DNA from: Octopus vulgaris
Taxonomy: Eukaryota
Reading direction: 5' to 3'
Length of the DNA stretch: 64,000 nt
Assembly: GCA_951406725.2 (NCBI GenBank)
Contig: OX597820.1
Span: 52,638,001-52,702,000, forward strand
The notes under the pieces are model-generated. The model was not told the origin of the DNA. It did no database searches and saw only the letters and a list, made by a program, of their open reading frames with translations. Positions 43,630 through 58,316 of the stretch are shown here, piece after piece. The position numbers and the translations under genes were made by a program. Positions within the stretch are counted from its first letter, which is position 1. Every line of letters starts with the position of its first letter.

Positions 43630-44030
43630 TGGAGGCGCGTGGCTTAGTGGTTAGGGTGTCGGTATCATGGTAGACTTTGCTGTTCATCCTTTCGGGGTCG
43701 ATAAATTAAGTACCAGTTACGCACTGGGGTCGATATAATCGACTTAATCCCTTTGTCTGTCCTTGTTTGTCATCTCCGTGTTTAGCCCCTTGTGGGTAGT
43801 AAAGAAATAGGTATCATGAGCGTAAGATTGTGGTTTCAATTACTGGACCGGGCGAGGCGTTGTGTTCTTGAGCAAAACACTTCATTTCACGTTGCTCCAG
43901 TCCACTCAGCTAGCAAAAATGAGTAACGCTGCGATGAACTGGCGTATCATCCAGCTGGGTAACGCATACGCCATTGAAACCGGGAATCCGGGCCCATGAG
44001 CCTGACTAGGCTTTAAAAGGGCGCATTTAT
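43630..44030 (+). mobile_element. tRNA-derived SINE with a 140-bp insertion (43670-43809) in its tRNA head
   Basis: A box TGGCTTAGTGG; duplication GGTATCATG at 43661-43669 and 43810-43818. Confidence 0.8.
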
Positions 44031-44034
44031 TTGT

Positions 44035-44360
44035 CGATGCGCAATGGCCCAGTGGTTAGAGCAGTGGACTCGCGGTCGGAGGATCGCAGTTTCGATTCCC
44101 AGACCGGGCATCGTGTGTGTTTATTGAGTGAAAACACATAAAGCTCCACGAGACTCCGGCAGGGGGGTGGGGGTGGCGACCCCTATTGTACTCTTTCGCC
44201 CCAACTTTCTCTCACTCTTTCTTCCTGTTTCTTGAGTAACGCTGCGATGGACTGGCGTCCCGTCCAGCTGGGAGGAACACATACGCCAAAGAAACCGGAA
44301 AACCGGGCCCGTGAGCCTGGTTAGGCTTGAAAAAGGCGCATAAATAAAAACAAAAAAATA
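44035..44360 (+). mobile_element. tRNA-derived SINE family A
   Basis: tggcccagtggttagagcagtggactcgcgg...ttcgattcccagaccgggc; A-rich tail. Confidence 0.85.
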
Positions 44361-45825
44361 AAAGATATTACATGATCTTCCTATACTCTACTTGTTATTA
44401 TTGCTTAGGTTACTTTTAATCTTGATCTAGTAGATATACTATCAACTACATTTCAGAATGACCATCTCATTTATTATATCTTTCTGATTATCGAATACGG
44501 CCTTTTCTTATTTCAGGCAGCAGTAAAAGTTTGCTGCTATTTCTAGCACGCTGAGAGACTGCAGAGAAGCTCGAAGCTATTTCATGTATAATTCTGAGGC
44601 GGGATTCTATATTCAAATTTCTTTCAGGTCTTCTGAGACGAAACGAAAGGAATAATTGAAGAGAGGGTGTAAGGGGATAAGGGTCAGAATTTCATCAGTA
44701 AGCTTGTTATTGCGTGAGGTTAACCATGGACAAGGCAGCAGCAGGAGAGATTAATAAAGATTCTTTGGAAAGAAAGAGAAAATATTTGGCCACAAGCACG
44801 TGCACGTGCACGTGCACAAAATTATATACACAAACATACACGTCGTAGACTGCATCTCAAAGAATGCTATTCAACTTAAAGACAACTCGCTTCTTGGCCG
44901 ACAAAATGTATTTGATCTCTTTTCCCCACCCCTTTCTCTCTGTCTAACTCTCTTCTCTCCCTCTTTCTCTTTCTATCTCTCCTTCTGTCTGTCTATCTGT
45001 CTGTCTCTATCTCTCCTTCTATCTGTCTGTCTCTCTCTTTCTCTATCGCTCTGTCTCTCTCTTTCTATTAAAACGGTATCTGGTTTTGTTCCAATTCCTT
45101 GGACAGATCGTCTTAAAAGCATACGACATTATCCGTTCATTCTCTGTCTCTCTCTCCACCATATATAAATATATGTATATATATATATGTGTGTGTGTGT
45201 GCGTGTGTGTCTGTATCCATCTCTCACTTGCCCTCTTCAAATATATACACACACACACACATATATATATATACATATATGTGTGTCTGTGTGTGTGTAT
45301 GTAATATATATATATATATATACATACACATACACACATACATACCCACATGCAGACACATACGGCAATTAGCAAAGCAATTAGTTAAGTTACGCAACAT
45401 CAAAGCAGGCGTCTCGCAAATCGAGCATGGAAATAAAGTGGTTGGTTGCCGCATGCAGACAGAACAAAAAATAAATAAAAATGAAATAGATTTCTCTGTC
45501 GTTTTCGATAATGAGAATTCCAGTTGTTCGATCAAATGAACTACCTACTCATTCAATTATAATGTAAGTGGCCGTGTATTCCACAGATACTTGTACATTT
45601 TCTGACAGAATCAGCGTGACACAGTTTGAGACAAGGTCCCAATTCTTTGAACTACAGATACAATCAAAACAGTTTGTGTCTACCCAGTTCAACTCCCAAG
45701 GTTTGTGGCTATACACTTGTCAAAGATGCCACCCTGTGGGGTCAAATCGGCGACACCATGACGGCAAAGTGTAATTCTTTATCACTCAACCACAAACACA
45801 AAATACGTCCAACATATAGACATAT

Positions 45826-46212
45826 TCTTGTTGGCACTCCGACAGTTACGACGATGAGGGTTCCAGTTGATTCGATCAACGGAACAGCCTTCTCGTGAAA
45901 TTAACGTGCAAGTGGCTGAGCACTCCACAGACACGTGTACCCGTAACATAGTTCTCGGAGGAGATTCAGCGTGACACAGAGTGTGACAAGGCTGGCCCTT
46001 TGAAATACAGGTACAACAGAAACAGGAAGAAAGAGTGAGAGAAAGTTGTGGTGAAAGAGTACAGCAGGGCTCGCCACCACCCACTGCCGGAGCCGCGTGT
46101 AGCTTTAGGTGCTTGTGCTCAATAAACAATCACAACGCCTGGTTTGGGAGTCGAAAGCGCAATCCTACGACCGTGAATCCGCTGCCCTAACCACTGGGCC
46201 GTTGCGCCTCCA
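45826..46212 (-). mobile_element. tRNA-derived SINE family A with alternative 3' body
   Basis: The head matches 44035 and the body matches 18900-19075. Confidence 0.85.
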
Positions 46213-46460
46213 CATATATAGACACACACGCATTCATAAATGACATACGAAAGAGTGAACCTCAGTGCCGTAGCTAGAACTGTTAAAAAGCGTAACTATA
46301 TCTTCCTCAAATTATAGTCTACTATTTTTAAGTAAGGAAGGACACATTTGTTAATGTATTGCTGAAAAAAAATCGATGATCACTGATGTAACTTATTTGG
46401 TCATAGATTTGTTGGATCAATGCAGACCTCGGGTTAATAAGTAGCAGCAGTAATCTAAAT

Positions 46461-46794
46461 AAGGGGTTATCAACCATTTTTTATCTATAGACCTCTTTGA
46501 TTCTCATTTTATTCTGGTGGACCCCCATAGCCATTCAACGTTTAAAAAACTAGTTTATAGAAACTCCTTTCAAACTTCCTAGTCTGTTCCCCAAACATTA
46601 ACTTGTTTAGGTTGAATTATAGAAAATGTTAGCTATAATACCTAGTTGCTTCTTGCAATATATACCAATACATACATCAGAAGCAAAATTTTTCAGGGAC
46701 CCTTAAAATACTATTGTGGGTCCCTTGATTTCGTGAACCCCGCAACATCTTAAATGGACGACAAAGGGCCATAAGGACCAGTTGAGAACCATCG
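46461..46794 (+). mobile_element. hAT (Charlie-like) MITE with 8-bp TSD
   Basis: TSD ATCTAAAT at 46453-46460 and 46795-46802; TIRs aaggggttatcaacc and gttgagaaccatcg. Confidence 0.85.
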
Positions 46795-47003
46795 ATCTAA
46801 ATGTTTAAAACAAATTAGAAAATCACAGGCATTACTTTATGGTTGAGAAGTTAACTTCGAAGCTGCGTGGCTACGGGTTCAGTCCCACTTGCGATACATT
46901 GGACTAGAATCTTCTACTACAGCCCTTAGTTAACGAATGTCTTGCGACTGAATTTGTGTATTTCCAGATTCGTTACAGCCCAACACACACACACACACAG
47001 ATA

Positions 47004-47051
<48 letters not shown>

Positions 47052-47809
47052 CGACGGACTTCCTTGAGTTTCCGTTTACCAACTCAACTCACAAGTCTTT
47101 GATTCCAGACTGCAGTAGAAGACACTTGCCCAAGGTGCCACGCGGTGAAACTGAACCCCCAACCATATGGTTGGGAAGCAAGCTTCTTATATGTGTGATT
47201 GCGCCTTTTCCTTTGTATTTGTGCCTCGCTTTTGATAACACTGTGCATCTCTATTTCGCCTCGTAACGGCTGAAAGAGACCAGCATATGTACCAAACTTA
47301 ACATTTATTAATGGCTTCGGTTTGACGGCCTTAACCCTTAAACGCACTATTTCCAGCTTTGTCACAGTCCAATGGCTGTAACAAGTAAAATAATTATACT
47401 ATATCTAGATACACATAAACATACTATAAAATGTTTGAGAATATTACTTAATAAATCGATGATGATATGTCTAGGTTACATTAAGTTTTGTTAGACTTAT
47501 TTAACTGATTGACTAACAAAGTGATCAGACAATATATTATTACATTGCAGCCGCACAATTGATTCACTGGACATCTATGTACATGCACGAATAGTTAAGA
47601 AATTCGCTTCACAATCATGATGTCCAGTTTTCATCTCACAGCTAGGAATATTAAAGAAATGTCCTTACTATGACAGAACTTCCCAAAGTGAGAGGAGCCG
47701 CCACCTTGTGGAGGATAGATAATTTTAAGTGAACTGAGCCAAAAGAAGAGGTAGAAGGTTGGGAGCGGAAAATAGGGTATCGTTTTTCGATTCGTTTATC
47801 TTATATTCT

Positions 47810-48135
47810 TTATTTGTTCCAGTCATTAGACTGCGGCCATTCTGGGGCACCGCCTTGAAGAATGTTTTAGTCGATCGAATCGACCTCAGTGATTTCTTTT
47901 TAAGCCTGATATTTATTCTATTGTTTTCTTTTGCTGAACCGCTAGGTGCACAAGAATATACACACATCCACACCGGTTGTCAAGCTGTGACGGGGGACAC
48001 ACAGACAAGAACACATACACATACGTATATGTGATGGGCTTGTCAATTTCCGTCTACCAAGTCCACTCCCAAGACTTTGGTCGGCTCTAGACTGCAGCAC
48101 TGAACCTGGAACCATTCGGTTGAGAAACAAGCTTT
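47810..48135 (-). mobile_element. SINE family C, diverged
   Basis: gtcattagactgcggccat..gcaccgcc...ccgtctaccaagtccactc. Confidence 0.7.
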
Positions 48136-48434
48136 GAAATATTTTCAGTTTACTAATTAACGCACCCAAGTTAATGTGGATGTATTATGTCCAGCGTCGT
48201 ACTGCTGTAATCGTCCTGTGAAATCATTTCATATAGGACATTATGAACGACAAAACACAGCGTGCTTTTTAGCACTTAACTTTTAACGAAATTTCTCAGA
48301 CAAATCCTGCACTTACAGCGTTTAAAACATTACGTTCAGATTAAATTGACTGTGCTAATTAATATTTGTTACAAAGCGGCTTCTGTCGCTAATAGCTAAT
48401 TTTTTATATATTTTCTGTGTGCAATTTACCAAGT

Positions 48435-48655
48435 AATATTGGTTTCAAATTTTGGCTTAAGGCCAGCAATTTTGGGGGATGGTTGATATCGATTACATCA
48501 ACCCCAGTACTCAACTGGAACTTATTTTATCTATCCAGAAAGGATGAAAAGCTAAGTCAACCTCGGTGGCATTTGAACGTGGGACATAAAGACAGAGGAA
48601 ATGCCGCTAAGCATTTTGTCTAGTGTGCTAACGATCTGACAGTTCACCGCCTTGA
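48435..48655 (-). mobile_element. SINE family B
   Basis: Homologous to 4915-5125. Confidence 0.7.
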
Positions 48656-49306
48656 TTTCTCTAGTAATATTACTGGTCGAAAGATTGTAGCATTCAAATT
48701 ATATTCTTGAAAAATTTACTTCTTTGCAAGCAGTTTTCCCATGGTGATCGATATAACCAACTGATGTGTACCGTACTACAATTTAGCTTCTATATTAATG
48801 CTTCGACATCTAGAAATAGCAACCAAATCCCTCTCACATCATACCCTAACGTTGTAAGCAAAAGAAGATCATATGCGATTATGAAGTCATAGACACATTA
48901 TGTCTGAAAAACAAGCAATGTGATTATCGTTGTTGGTACACCGTTCATAATCGATATATTCTAAAAATCTGACCTAGGGTTATAACAACTACGAATCTCT
49001 TTCCAAATGAAAACATAGCAAAATCAACAGAAAAGCTAAATTCTTCAATCAGCAGAAATAAATGAAATTTACTAATGAGTGAAAAAATAATCAATAACGA
49101 ATAGATTTTGGTGTTGTTTCCTTGTTCATTTAGCTCAGAAACATTAAAGGATCGAAACTTTTTTTGCACACATCCGCGCACACGTATTTAGGTCCACATA
49201 CTTATAGAGGCATCCATGCAAGTGCGCACAAATGCGTCAACTATAATCGCATACACATGTGCACTGAAACACGCATATTTGCGTGTATGTGCACACACAC
49301 ACGCAC

Positions 49307-49363
<57 letters not shown>

Positions 49364-49367
<4 letters not shown>

Positions 49368-49540
49368 CAAAATTTAAAGGACTGACCACTAAAAGTGGAC
49401 GGTCAACATGCTAGATATAGACGTCAAAATCGCTATTTTCCACAAAGAAAACACATTCTTTGTGGAAAATAGCGATTTTGACGTCTATATCTAGCATGTT
49501 GACCGTCCACTTTTAGTGGTCAGACCTTTAAATTTTGTAT
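49364..49540. repeat. Near-perfect inverted repeat, arms of about 85 bp with a short loop
   Basis: atacaaaatttaaagg...ttttccacaaagaa-(aacaca)-ttctttgtggaaaa...cctttaaattttgtat; one mismatch seen. Confidence 0.95.
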
Positions 49541-49650
49541 GTAAAAATATTTTAATCTTCGGATTTTTTCAATATGCTAGGCCACTGGTTTTAATTGATT
49601 AATATCAATTTCTACCCTTATTAAAATTATATATATATATATATATATAT

Positions 49651-49770
<120 letters not shown>

Positions 49771-51682
49771 TGTGTGTTTATGTACTCATATGTCTATATA
49801 CACACACATATATGCATCTACGTGTGTGCATAAATACAGATGATATACGAACCAATGTGGAACCCAATAATACATTGCTCAAACTGCACAAAATACTTGT
49901 ATATCTCCGTAAATTCATAGCCAATTGCTTTAAAAAATGTCTTGATGGATAATGTTGTCCTCGGTTCTCTTGACACAGAAAAGTGATGTGAGGGCCATTG
50001 TAGAAATTTCATGATCACAGGTCGACGCAGTTGGGGTTGACCTGGGATTACACAGCAATAACAGCAACATAGGTATAGGATATGTGTGTGTGTGTGCGTG
50101 TGTGCGCGCGCGCTTGTGTGTGCGTGTGTGTGTGTGTGTACAGACACATTTATGTACACACACATATGCTCACAATATAAGCATAGTCAAAAAAGGTAGC
50201 CTCTGCATGGTTAGGCAACTTGTAGAACCAGCAACGAAATAACTCACAGAAAGCATCTTACCATCTGTAGCCCACAATTCATGAAAAGAAAACGCGATGA
50301 TCATAACTATGTTTTTCATTACGAGTTAGCTAAATACATACAGATAGACTCATTATGTCTATCTGTATCCATGGGTGGTGCTCGTTTGTTCTGTGATATA
50401 CTACTAATATGCATGTATCAATTCAATATGTGTATCTTCTGGACATGAATTTTTGCTTTACGATCACGAGTTTCCAGGCACAGTCGCCCTTCATTGCTTC
50501 TTCCATGAATAAGTTTTAATCTTAACTTTGCGTCGACCCATGGCTTGCAGTAGCAATGAAATCACCCTCGAGTACTTTACTGCCTTCAAAATAAGAAGAA
50601 ATAATTTAAGGAATGTAGAGACATATACATTATTAATAAAAATAAATCAGATTGGTCACAGATGGAATGCTTTTAATCATAGGCCTGATCAATCAGGATT
50701 GACGAAAAGGTAAACAATGACACGGAGATAAACAGCTAATTGAGATTCGAAAATGAAAGAAGCGAATACGAACCCTGCAGTCAACAAACTAGCTCAAATA
50801 GTTGAGCTACACAGGGGGGCTTGACATGCTAAGAATAACAGAGAAATATCTTTCAAATTTTATAATCTTAATGAATAGAGAACACAATGGATGAACACAA
50901 GATTCCTAAATGTACACCAGAAAAACGGCATGATATCGACTGCGAACACTTTGATCAGAGAACTGGTCGATGAGGGTTTGTGTGGATAATTAAGAAAAAC
51001 AAAATCTGCAACAACAGCCATAATAACATCACCAGCAACAAGTGCCAAATTCTTTCTCTTCAGATAAATCTCATAGCTTTATCTGATAAAATCTTTATTA
51101 ATGGCCGTCTTTATTAAAAGCAGCTTCCATTAAATATTGTACTCTTTACCATATGTGTCTGTGCGTGTATGAGTGTACGTATTTATGTAAGTATGTATGT
51201 ATGTATGTATGTATGTATGTATGTATGCATGTATGCACGTAACATAAATCTAAGAGTGAAGCCTCTAAAGCGTTCATGTATGTGCAACCATTTTGTTTTC
51301 TGCTGTCGGTTTACGTTGGACAATTTAAACTGATTAAGAAAGGAATTAGGATTAAGTAGTGAAGACAGATTAACAGGTGTGCGACTAGTGAGATATTGTT
51401 TACAGTGTTATGGACATTAATGCATAATAAATGAATAATTTTAGGTGTAGACATATGTGATAGGAGTTTTTATACACACATACATACAGGCACACAATAA
51501 TGCGCTTATACATATGCATGTATGCATGAATGTATATATGTATGCACACTAAATATCAACATACATCTGTATTCACATAAAAGCGAAAAAAGGAAAATAT
51601 TAGTAGTTTTGTATTTAATATATAAAATTACAAATACTATTGAAATACGTATTTGTGGGGGGGGGTATTTACGTTATATATA

Positions 51683-51724
<42 letters not shown>

Positions 51725-51765
51725 TATATATATAAGCATATATATATATGTACGTATGTTTATGT

Positions 51766-51814
<49 letters not shown>

Positions 51815-53459
51815 AATGTATGTATGTATGCATATATGTTATGCGTGTGTGTTTGTGTATATATCTATATATATGTATACACGTTCACGCAGAAACACAC
51901 ACACATACCCACACGCACACGCACACACATACACACGGTCGACGGCTGTAATTTTGATAATGGTATCGGTGCACTTTCAGATATTGTTGTTGATTAAAGT
52001 GGCGGTGGTGGAGGTGCTGCTGCTGCTGATGATGATGATAATCATGATCATGATCATGATGATAATGATGATGATGTCGACGATTACTGTGACAATGTTA
52101 AGCTGATTAAATTCAGTAATCTGCCATTTATCAGTATCAATACGTTTGGGGATATATCAAGTTGGACTCTAATGTATCAAGATTACTGCCACTTTGGTTC
52201 ACAGATAAAAGCATTTCATGCAGACTTACTGACTCCATGTGTTCAATTCCCATTGAAGTTTACTTTATGTGTCATATTCATTGGGCATCGGGGATATTGC
52301 CTTCCATCTCAATATGTAATGTATTCGAATTTTTCTTAAAAGCACCAAGCTATTATTTTTATAGTTTTTTTTTTTGTTTTTTTTTTCTATTCTTTTGCTG
52401 GCCACAATTCGTATATGTACTGCACAAAGTATTGCACAAAGATAGCGCTACAAGTCGAAAATAAATCTTATTACTTTCGTGAAATTGTGTCGATCGCTCG
52501 ACACATTTCCCTCGTTACTTTTCTGTTCTTGTTTTTTTTTTATTCGGGGCAGTGGTCCAATAAGCGATATACCTTTGAAGAGAAAGAAATACTTCCCAAC
52601 ATATAGCACAATATAAACCCATAAACCCCGAATTTGAATACACAAATAAAGAGCGAACGTAATCGCTAGGCATCTGAAATATTGTCAAGGTTTCCATTCT
52701 TCCACATAATCATGCGAATATCTCTGTAAAATAAAAAGAAAACGTTTTCCCAGAGACATGCAAAGTTATGATGAAGCAAATATAAGCGAAATTATGGCGC
52801 AATATATTGTTGCTGTTTAGTTCTCAGCTAGGCGGTACTGTTTGAGCAGTCCTCTGATTAAAAAGTACATGACGCAGCCATATATTACTAATGTCTGTAT
52901 GTGTGTGTATGTGTGTGTGTATGTGTGTGTGTGTGTTTGGGGACGGTCATACTCCCAATAAACATGCACCATTTGATCTTCACTTCATTATTGTCATTGC
53001 GCCATACATTCTGTGACCTCTTCAATGACTTTCTATTCCCCGTGTTTCCCTTTATCTCTAGTCTTGTCCTGTCTATTTCATTTTCTCTTTCCATCTCTTC
53101 TAACAGATTGATTCCATTAACAATCCTCTTCAGCATTTGTAATCAACATATGTAGTAAAGATATTAGCAGAGAGGTGTGAAATTTTAGAAGACCGGCTTT
53201 CTGGGAAGGAAGTAGTGGGCATAATGGTTAATGTTGGGCTACCCGAGGAAAGACAAACGGTATAAGAATACGCTAGTTGAGAGGACATGAGTTCAGCAAT
53301 TCAGAAGTACAAAGTTCACTACGTAGCGGTTAGAAAAGGCAGAAACAAGAGACGACAGACAGTTATACGGGCTACAGGCCTGGAGTGTCCGTGAGTGACT
53401 TTATGCCATATAGCCGGATATGGCTTTATAGAGAAAGCATGAATAATTAGCAGGAGTAG

Positions 53460-53890
53460 AATGGTGAGCTGGCAGAATCGTTAGCACACCAAGCAACATG
53501 ATTACCGACATTTCGTCCGTTTTTGCGTTCGAAGTTCAAATTCCGGCAAGATCGACTTTGCCTTTCATCTTTTCGGGGTCATTAATGTAAGTACCTGTTG
53601 AGTTCTGGAGTAGATGTGATCGACTTGGCCAAGGTGTCGGCGAACCGGGCTACATTACCCCAAGTGGGGTACAAATAAAATTCTTGGTGGGTAATGAAGG
53701 CTCATTAGACATAAGTAATCTTTTTTTTTTTAAATGTGTTCCTTGTTATCTTCGTTCGAATCAAGGGAATAACGTCGGTTTCAGTAAATATATTTTGGGA
53801 TAATTGGTTAAAAAAAGTATCCTGATCCCTGACGTAGCCCCTTCCGTCAAAATTTCTAGCCTTCTGCCAAAAGTAGAAACCAATGATTTG
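53460..53890 (+). mobile_element. SINE family B interrupted by a hAT-like MITE (53631-53831)
   Basis: The SINE resumes after the insert. Degenerate TSD acttggcc/acgtagcc; TIR-like ends aaggtgtcggc and cctgatccctg. Confidence 0.6.
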
Positions 53891-54385
53891 TAAAGGTTGA
53901 TATATCTACTACATCTGAGAAGGACTACCGATCATTGGGATGCTGAACAAGTTATGCAAACGATATGCTTCTGATAAACGTTAGGTGATGGTAACACAGA
54001 AAAATAGGAGCGATTATTAAGGCTTAAGCTGCGTGCAACACGTGATTCATGTTTTCTTGATATGAGTAAAGTTTGTCTTTGATATTATCTGATGTGTCTT
54101 TCTTTAAGAAAACAGGATGTGACATTAGGGTGATTTGGCATGTATACTATTATATTTGTTTTAGCCATATCAGTAAATTACTGTTGCAGTGCATGAAACA
54201 CACAAAGTTGTTATGGCTTTATCCTAATAAACCTCGAATTCCTAGCCAATATATTTGGATGTGTGTTTGGGTGTGTAGGATTTACATGTGAATGTGTGAG
54301 CGAGTGTGTGAGTACATATACACATATGTGTATGTATACTGATATATGAATATCTCTTATATACGGATGTGTGTATGTGTGTATG

Positions 54386-54455
<70 letters not shown>

Positions 54456-54469
54456 TGTATGTATATAGA

Positions 54470-54780
54470 AGAAAACTAAAAATGAAACAAGAACATAACA
54501 GGCAAAAACACAACATCCGGACAGTTAGACGATACAAAAAAGGACAGGAAAAAAGTAAGGACGGGCCATTCGGAGTTTTCTATCCTCATTCGAGTTCCAG
54601 ATCGTCGTTGCAGTTTCGGCTGGTTACACTCGAGACTACTCCAATCTGGCCAGACCCAAGGAAGTCTAAGCTAAGAGCACTAGACTCCTTCGAAGAAAGC
54701 AAGCGAATGTATACGGAAACAAGGACGAAAAAAAAAAACGGACAGGTTTGGTGATGCAAACAGGAAAAATAGTACTCAAA
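54470..54780. repeat. TA-embedded repeat family, partial inverted copy at about 8415-8510
   Basis: catccggaca..agacgatacaaaaaa is shared with 8418-8500 in reverse orientation. Confidence 0.6.
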
Positions 54781-54799
54781 ACATATATATATATATATA

Positions 54800-54877
<78 letters not shown>

Positions 54878-54948
54878 CATACATATATATATATACATAT
54901 ATATATACATACATATATATATACATATATATATGTATATATATATAC

Positions 54949-54985
<37 letters not shown>

Positions 54986-56529
54986 CATATGTACATACAA
55001 ATATATATACATACATATATATATATATATGTATGTATATATACATATTTCTATATTCACACACACAAATGCGTCAAACATGTACTCATATCTTTGGTGG
55101 GTTAAGTTGTTAGGCAACTGTCATATCTTTGATGATGATGATGATGATGTTGACGATAACGATGACGATCATGATGATGATGATGTTGAATGATGAGGGT
55201 AATGAGGAAAGTAACGATGAAGGCGGTCGTGACGGTGGTGATAGTTATAGATGAGTTTTATCTCAGCTAAAAGACAGCTTTTGAATCTATGATATGTTGA
55301 GTTGGATGAGAAATTAGGCATTTCATCTGACAAGCAAGTCGTTCTCTCAAAATCTTTTAGCTGGGAAAATAACTGGGGCTTTTCATTCAGTGATGGATTA
55401 TTGTACGCAATCTGACGTGTTGAATCTTACAAACACCCAAACACACACACACATGCAAGCAGCAGAAACTTATGTATGGTTTTATAAAGGAAAATCCAAA
55501 CAAATACATTTGCAGTCATACATACACACACACACATGTAGACACACATGCTTTACACAAATGTGTTTTTATACAAATGGGAGATTGTTTATTTACAAAA
55601 TTAAAAGAAACCTATGCAAGTCGACACTGGCAAATACATGTACATTAAAAAAAACCCACATCAGGTACATATGAACGAGTGCGCAATATAGGCGTTTATA
55701 TATGTGTGTGTGTGTGTATTCATGAATATATACATATATATATATACATATATGTAAGGAGAGATGTAAGGAGCGCGATAATATATAACTATACTCACAC
55801 ACATACACACTCATATATGCATACATATATATACATATATACATATACATATATATATATGCATACATACTTCCACGTGCACCCGTATACAGACATACAA
55901 AGATATATGATATCTCATATTTCCTTAACAATTTTGTTTTTTTTGTGTTTTTTTTGTTTTTTCTTTTGCTTAGGTTTCCTAGCGTTATGTAGTTTCCACT
56001 AATAAGAAGTGGGTGTAGACTTGCTGAAGCTGCAGTAGGTGGGGTTCGCGTATCTGAACTACAAATTAATTTTGATGAAACTATGTTGCCCTCTAACCAA
56101 AGAACATTTTAATATTGACATTAAATTTCAATTTATGTGATGTTGTAATAATTATTTCTGCTGCTTTGAAACATCACTGCTTCCGCCAACACTCTTTTGT
56201 TGATTTTTATTTTAACTTTTGGTTCGTTTTTATCATCAGTTTTGTATTCTTCTTCTTACTCTTTTTTTCTACTCTCATCTTTTGTCACCACTATGCAGCA
56301 TGGAAGCAACATATGGCCTAACTTCCAAAATTGGCCGTCTCTTATACACGAGAAAGATAGCTTGCATTTTTGAATGTCTAAATGTATATCATTACACGTA
56401 CAAGTGTGTATGTAGTTGTATGTACGCATATGTTTCCAAATGTGTACTTCTCACCATATACAAATGCACTATATACAGATGTGTTTGTGTTAATGCATTT
56501 CTCAAAATTACCGATTATTGAAATTACTT

Positions 56530-56985
56530 AGCTATTATATAAAATCCGTTCTGTCTGTCTGTCTGTGTGTCTTCTAGGATCTCGGACATCCTCCATCCGA
56601 TTGCGCTCTAATTTGATATGTAGATACCGACGGTATCAGGGCGTGTATAAGTCTTGAAAAATTACAAAAATCGATTCCAGGTGAGAATGCGATCGATAAA
56701 GCCGTGGGAACGTGCATTTGTAAAATCGTTTTTCTTGGAATAGAAAAAAAAGTCTATCTTTATTTCTTCTTTTGCTGGTGTCTCAAATTTAGGTTAAATC
56801 AGTGTTTCAATTTTAGAAAATTTGGTTTAAATGTTTGACAACTCAGTACCGTCGATTGGAAGGTGGGGGCGTTTTGCACGTTACTTATAAAAGAAGATAT
56901 GAATTATTGAGATACGATTGAAAGCCAGCACATCACGAACTGACTGGTAGCCTAAAAAATGGGCAACCACAGAGTATATCATGTA
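56530..56985 (+). mobile_element. Probable non-autonomous Helitron
   Basis: The 5' end ctattatataaaat..tgtctgtctg is typical of Helitrons. The 3' end gggcaac..gagtatatc is degenerate, and no clean hairpin-CTAG was found. Confidence 0.4.
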
Positions 56986-58093
56986 CTCCTTTCATTATGC
57001 TTATATTTTATTTATTTATTTATATGGATTAGGAAAACGCTGAACTTCGATATCAAACCTTCAATAAAAATAATATTTAGATCTATTGCTTCTAATACTT
57101 GAAGGAGCAGAAGAATCATTCCACTGCGAAGAAGCAATTCTATTGTAATTTCTGCCAGCTCAACGATATCTGTCTTTCTTAGCCTTTGTTTTGTGTAATT
57201 AAATCTTCCTTCTAGGTAACAGTAAAGCATAAAAATATATAGTGTTCAATGTAAATCCAGTACTATAGAAAAAAAAATAAACGACATATGTATACATTCA
57301 GAAACGCAGAAACTTGAACTGTAAGGTAATAACGTATTAATATTTATAACCTAGAATAAGGAAATTATACAATATGTACCTCATAATATTAAAAGTTACG
57401 AAGATGCATATACTATATATCAGAGAAGTGTAACATTCGATTGTAACTGTTTGCAATTTCAACATACAATTTCGACTTAGAAATTCCAACAGATATAGCA
57501 CTATTTTCTTCAGGAAATACCAGCCACCAGCTGCCTAGGATTTGCAATATACTGACAGATTGTCCGATATTACGAAACATACATATATTCGTCATTATTA
57601 AATCTTCGGCCTCAGCGGAATTTGAACTCAGAACGTAAAGATAGACAGACTAAATGCTGCAAAGCATTTTGCCCGACCTGCTAACGATTCTGACGGCTAG
57701 CCAACTTATCATAATTAGTAATATTACAATTATATTAGATGCTTAACCACTACACTAGAAGAAGGAACGACGATGATATTCTACATACAGCTCTAAACAT
57801 AACAGTGGCAATCGTATATCTATATGTACATAGGGGCTACACTATATATATACGAGAATCTCCGCGAACTAAACGAGGCTGTGTTTTCCAACATAGAGGC
57901 GAACACCTTTCCCCATGTGGTCAGCTTCAAAAATTCTTAAGGCACTAGGATATTTTCCTAGTTTTCTTAATATGAAACCAATGGTAGACGTAATTCAAAA
58001 ATAAAGAAATTATACAGTTCTATATTTACGAGATGAGGAATTATGTACATTATTTACATTTGACGGATATTTGTCCTCATCTTGTTTGTTGTT

Positions 58094-58139
58094 AGCACAA
58101 CGTTTCGGCTGATATACCTTCCAGCCTTCATCAGGTGTC
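58094..58139 (-). ncRNA. Minimal type-I hammerhead ribozyme
   Basis: GACAC-CUGAUGA-A-GGCUG GAAGGUAUAU CAGCC-GAAA-CG-UU-GUGCU. Confidence 0.75.
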
Positions 58140-58242
58140 TTGCGGAAATTTCGAACCTGGGTTCTCGTTCCTAAGGTATTTTTCGATGATGTTGTTATCA
58201 TCATCATTATTATTAGAATTACTAGAATTATTATTATTAATC

Positions 58243-58316
58243 TGGTCACTGCCTGGAATCGAATTCGGAACCTTGGGGTTAGCAGCCCGCGCTCTTAACC
58301 ACTACGCCATATGCCC
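58243..58316 (-). other. tRNA-like SINE head (not a functional tRNA)
   Basis: GGGCATATGGCGTAGTGGTTAAGAGCGCGGGCTGCTAACCCCAAGGTTCCGAATTCGATTCCAGGCAGTGACCA: A box, B-box-like motif, GCT anticodon loop, poor acceptor stem. Confidence 0.75.

Noticed and set aside
54590-54700. Hammerhead in the TA-embedded repeat at 54470-54780
   Set aside because: A GAAA follows a possible stem on the minus strand, but no convincing CUGANGA core is present.
58243-58316. tRNA-Ser(GCT) gene
   Set aside because: The acceptor and T stems pair poorly, the long variable arm is missing, and it sits inside a repeat; it is treated as a SINE head.
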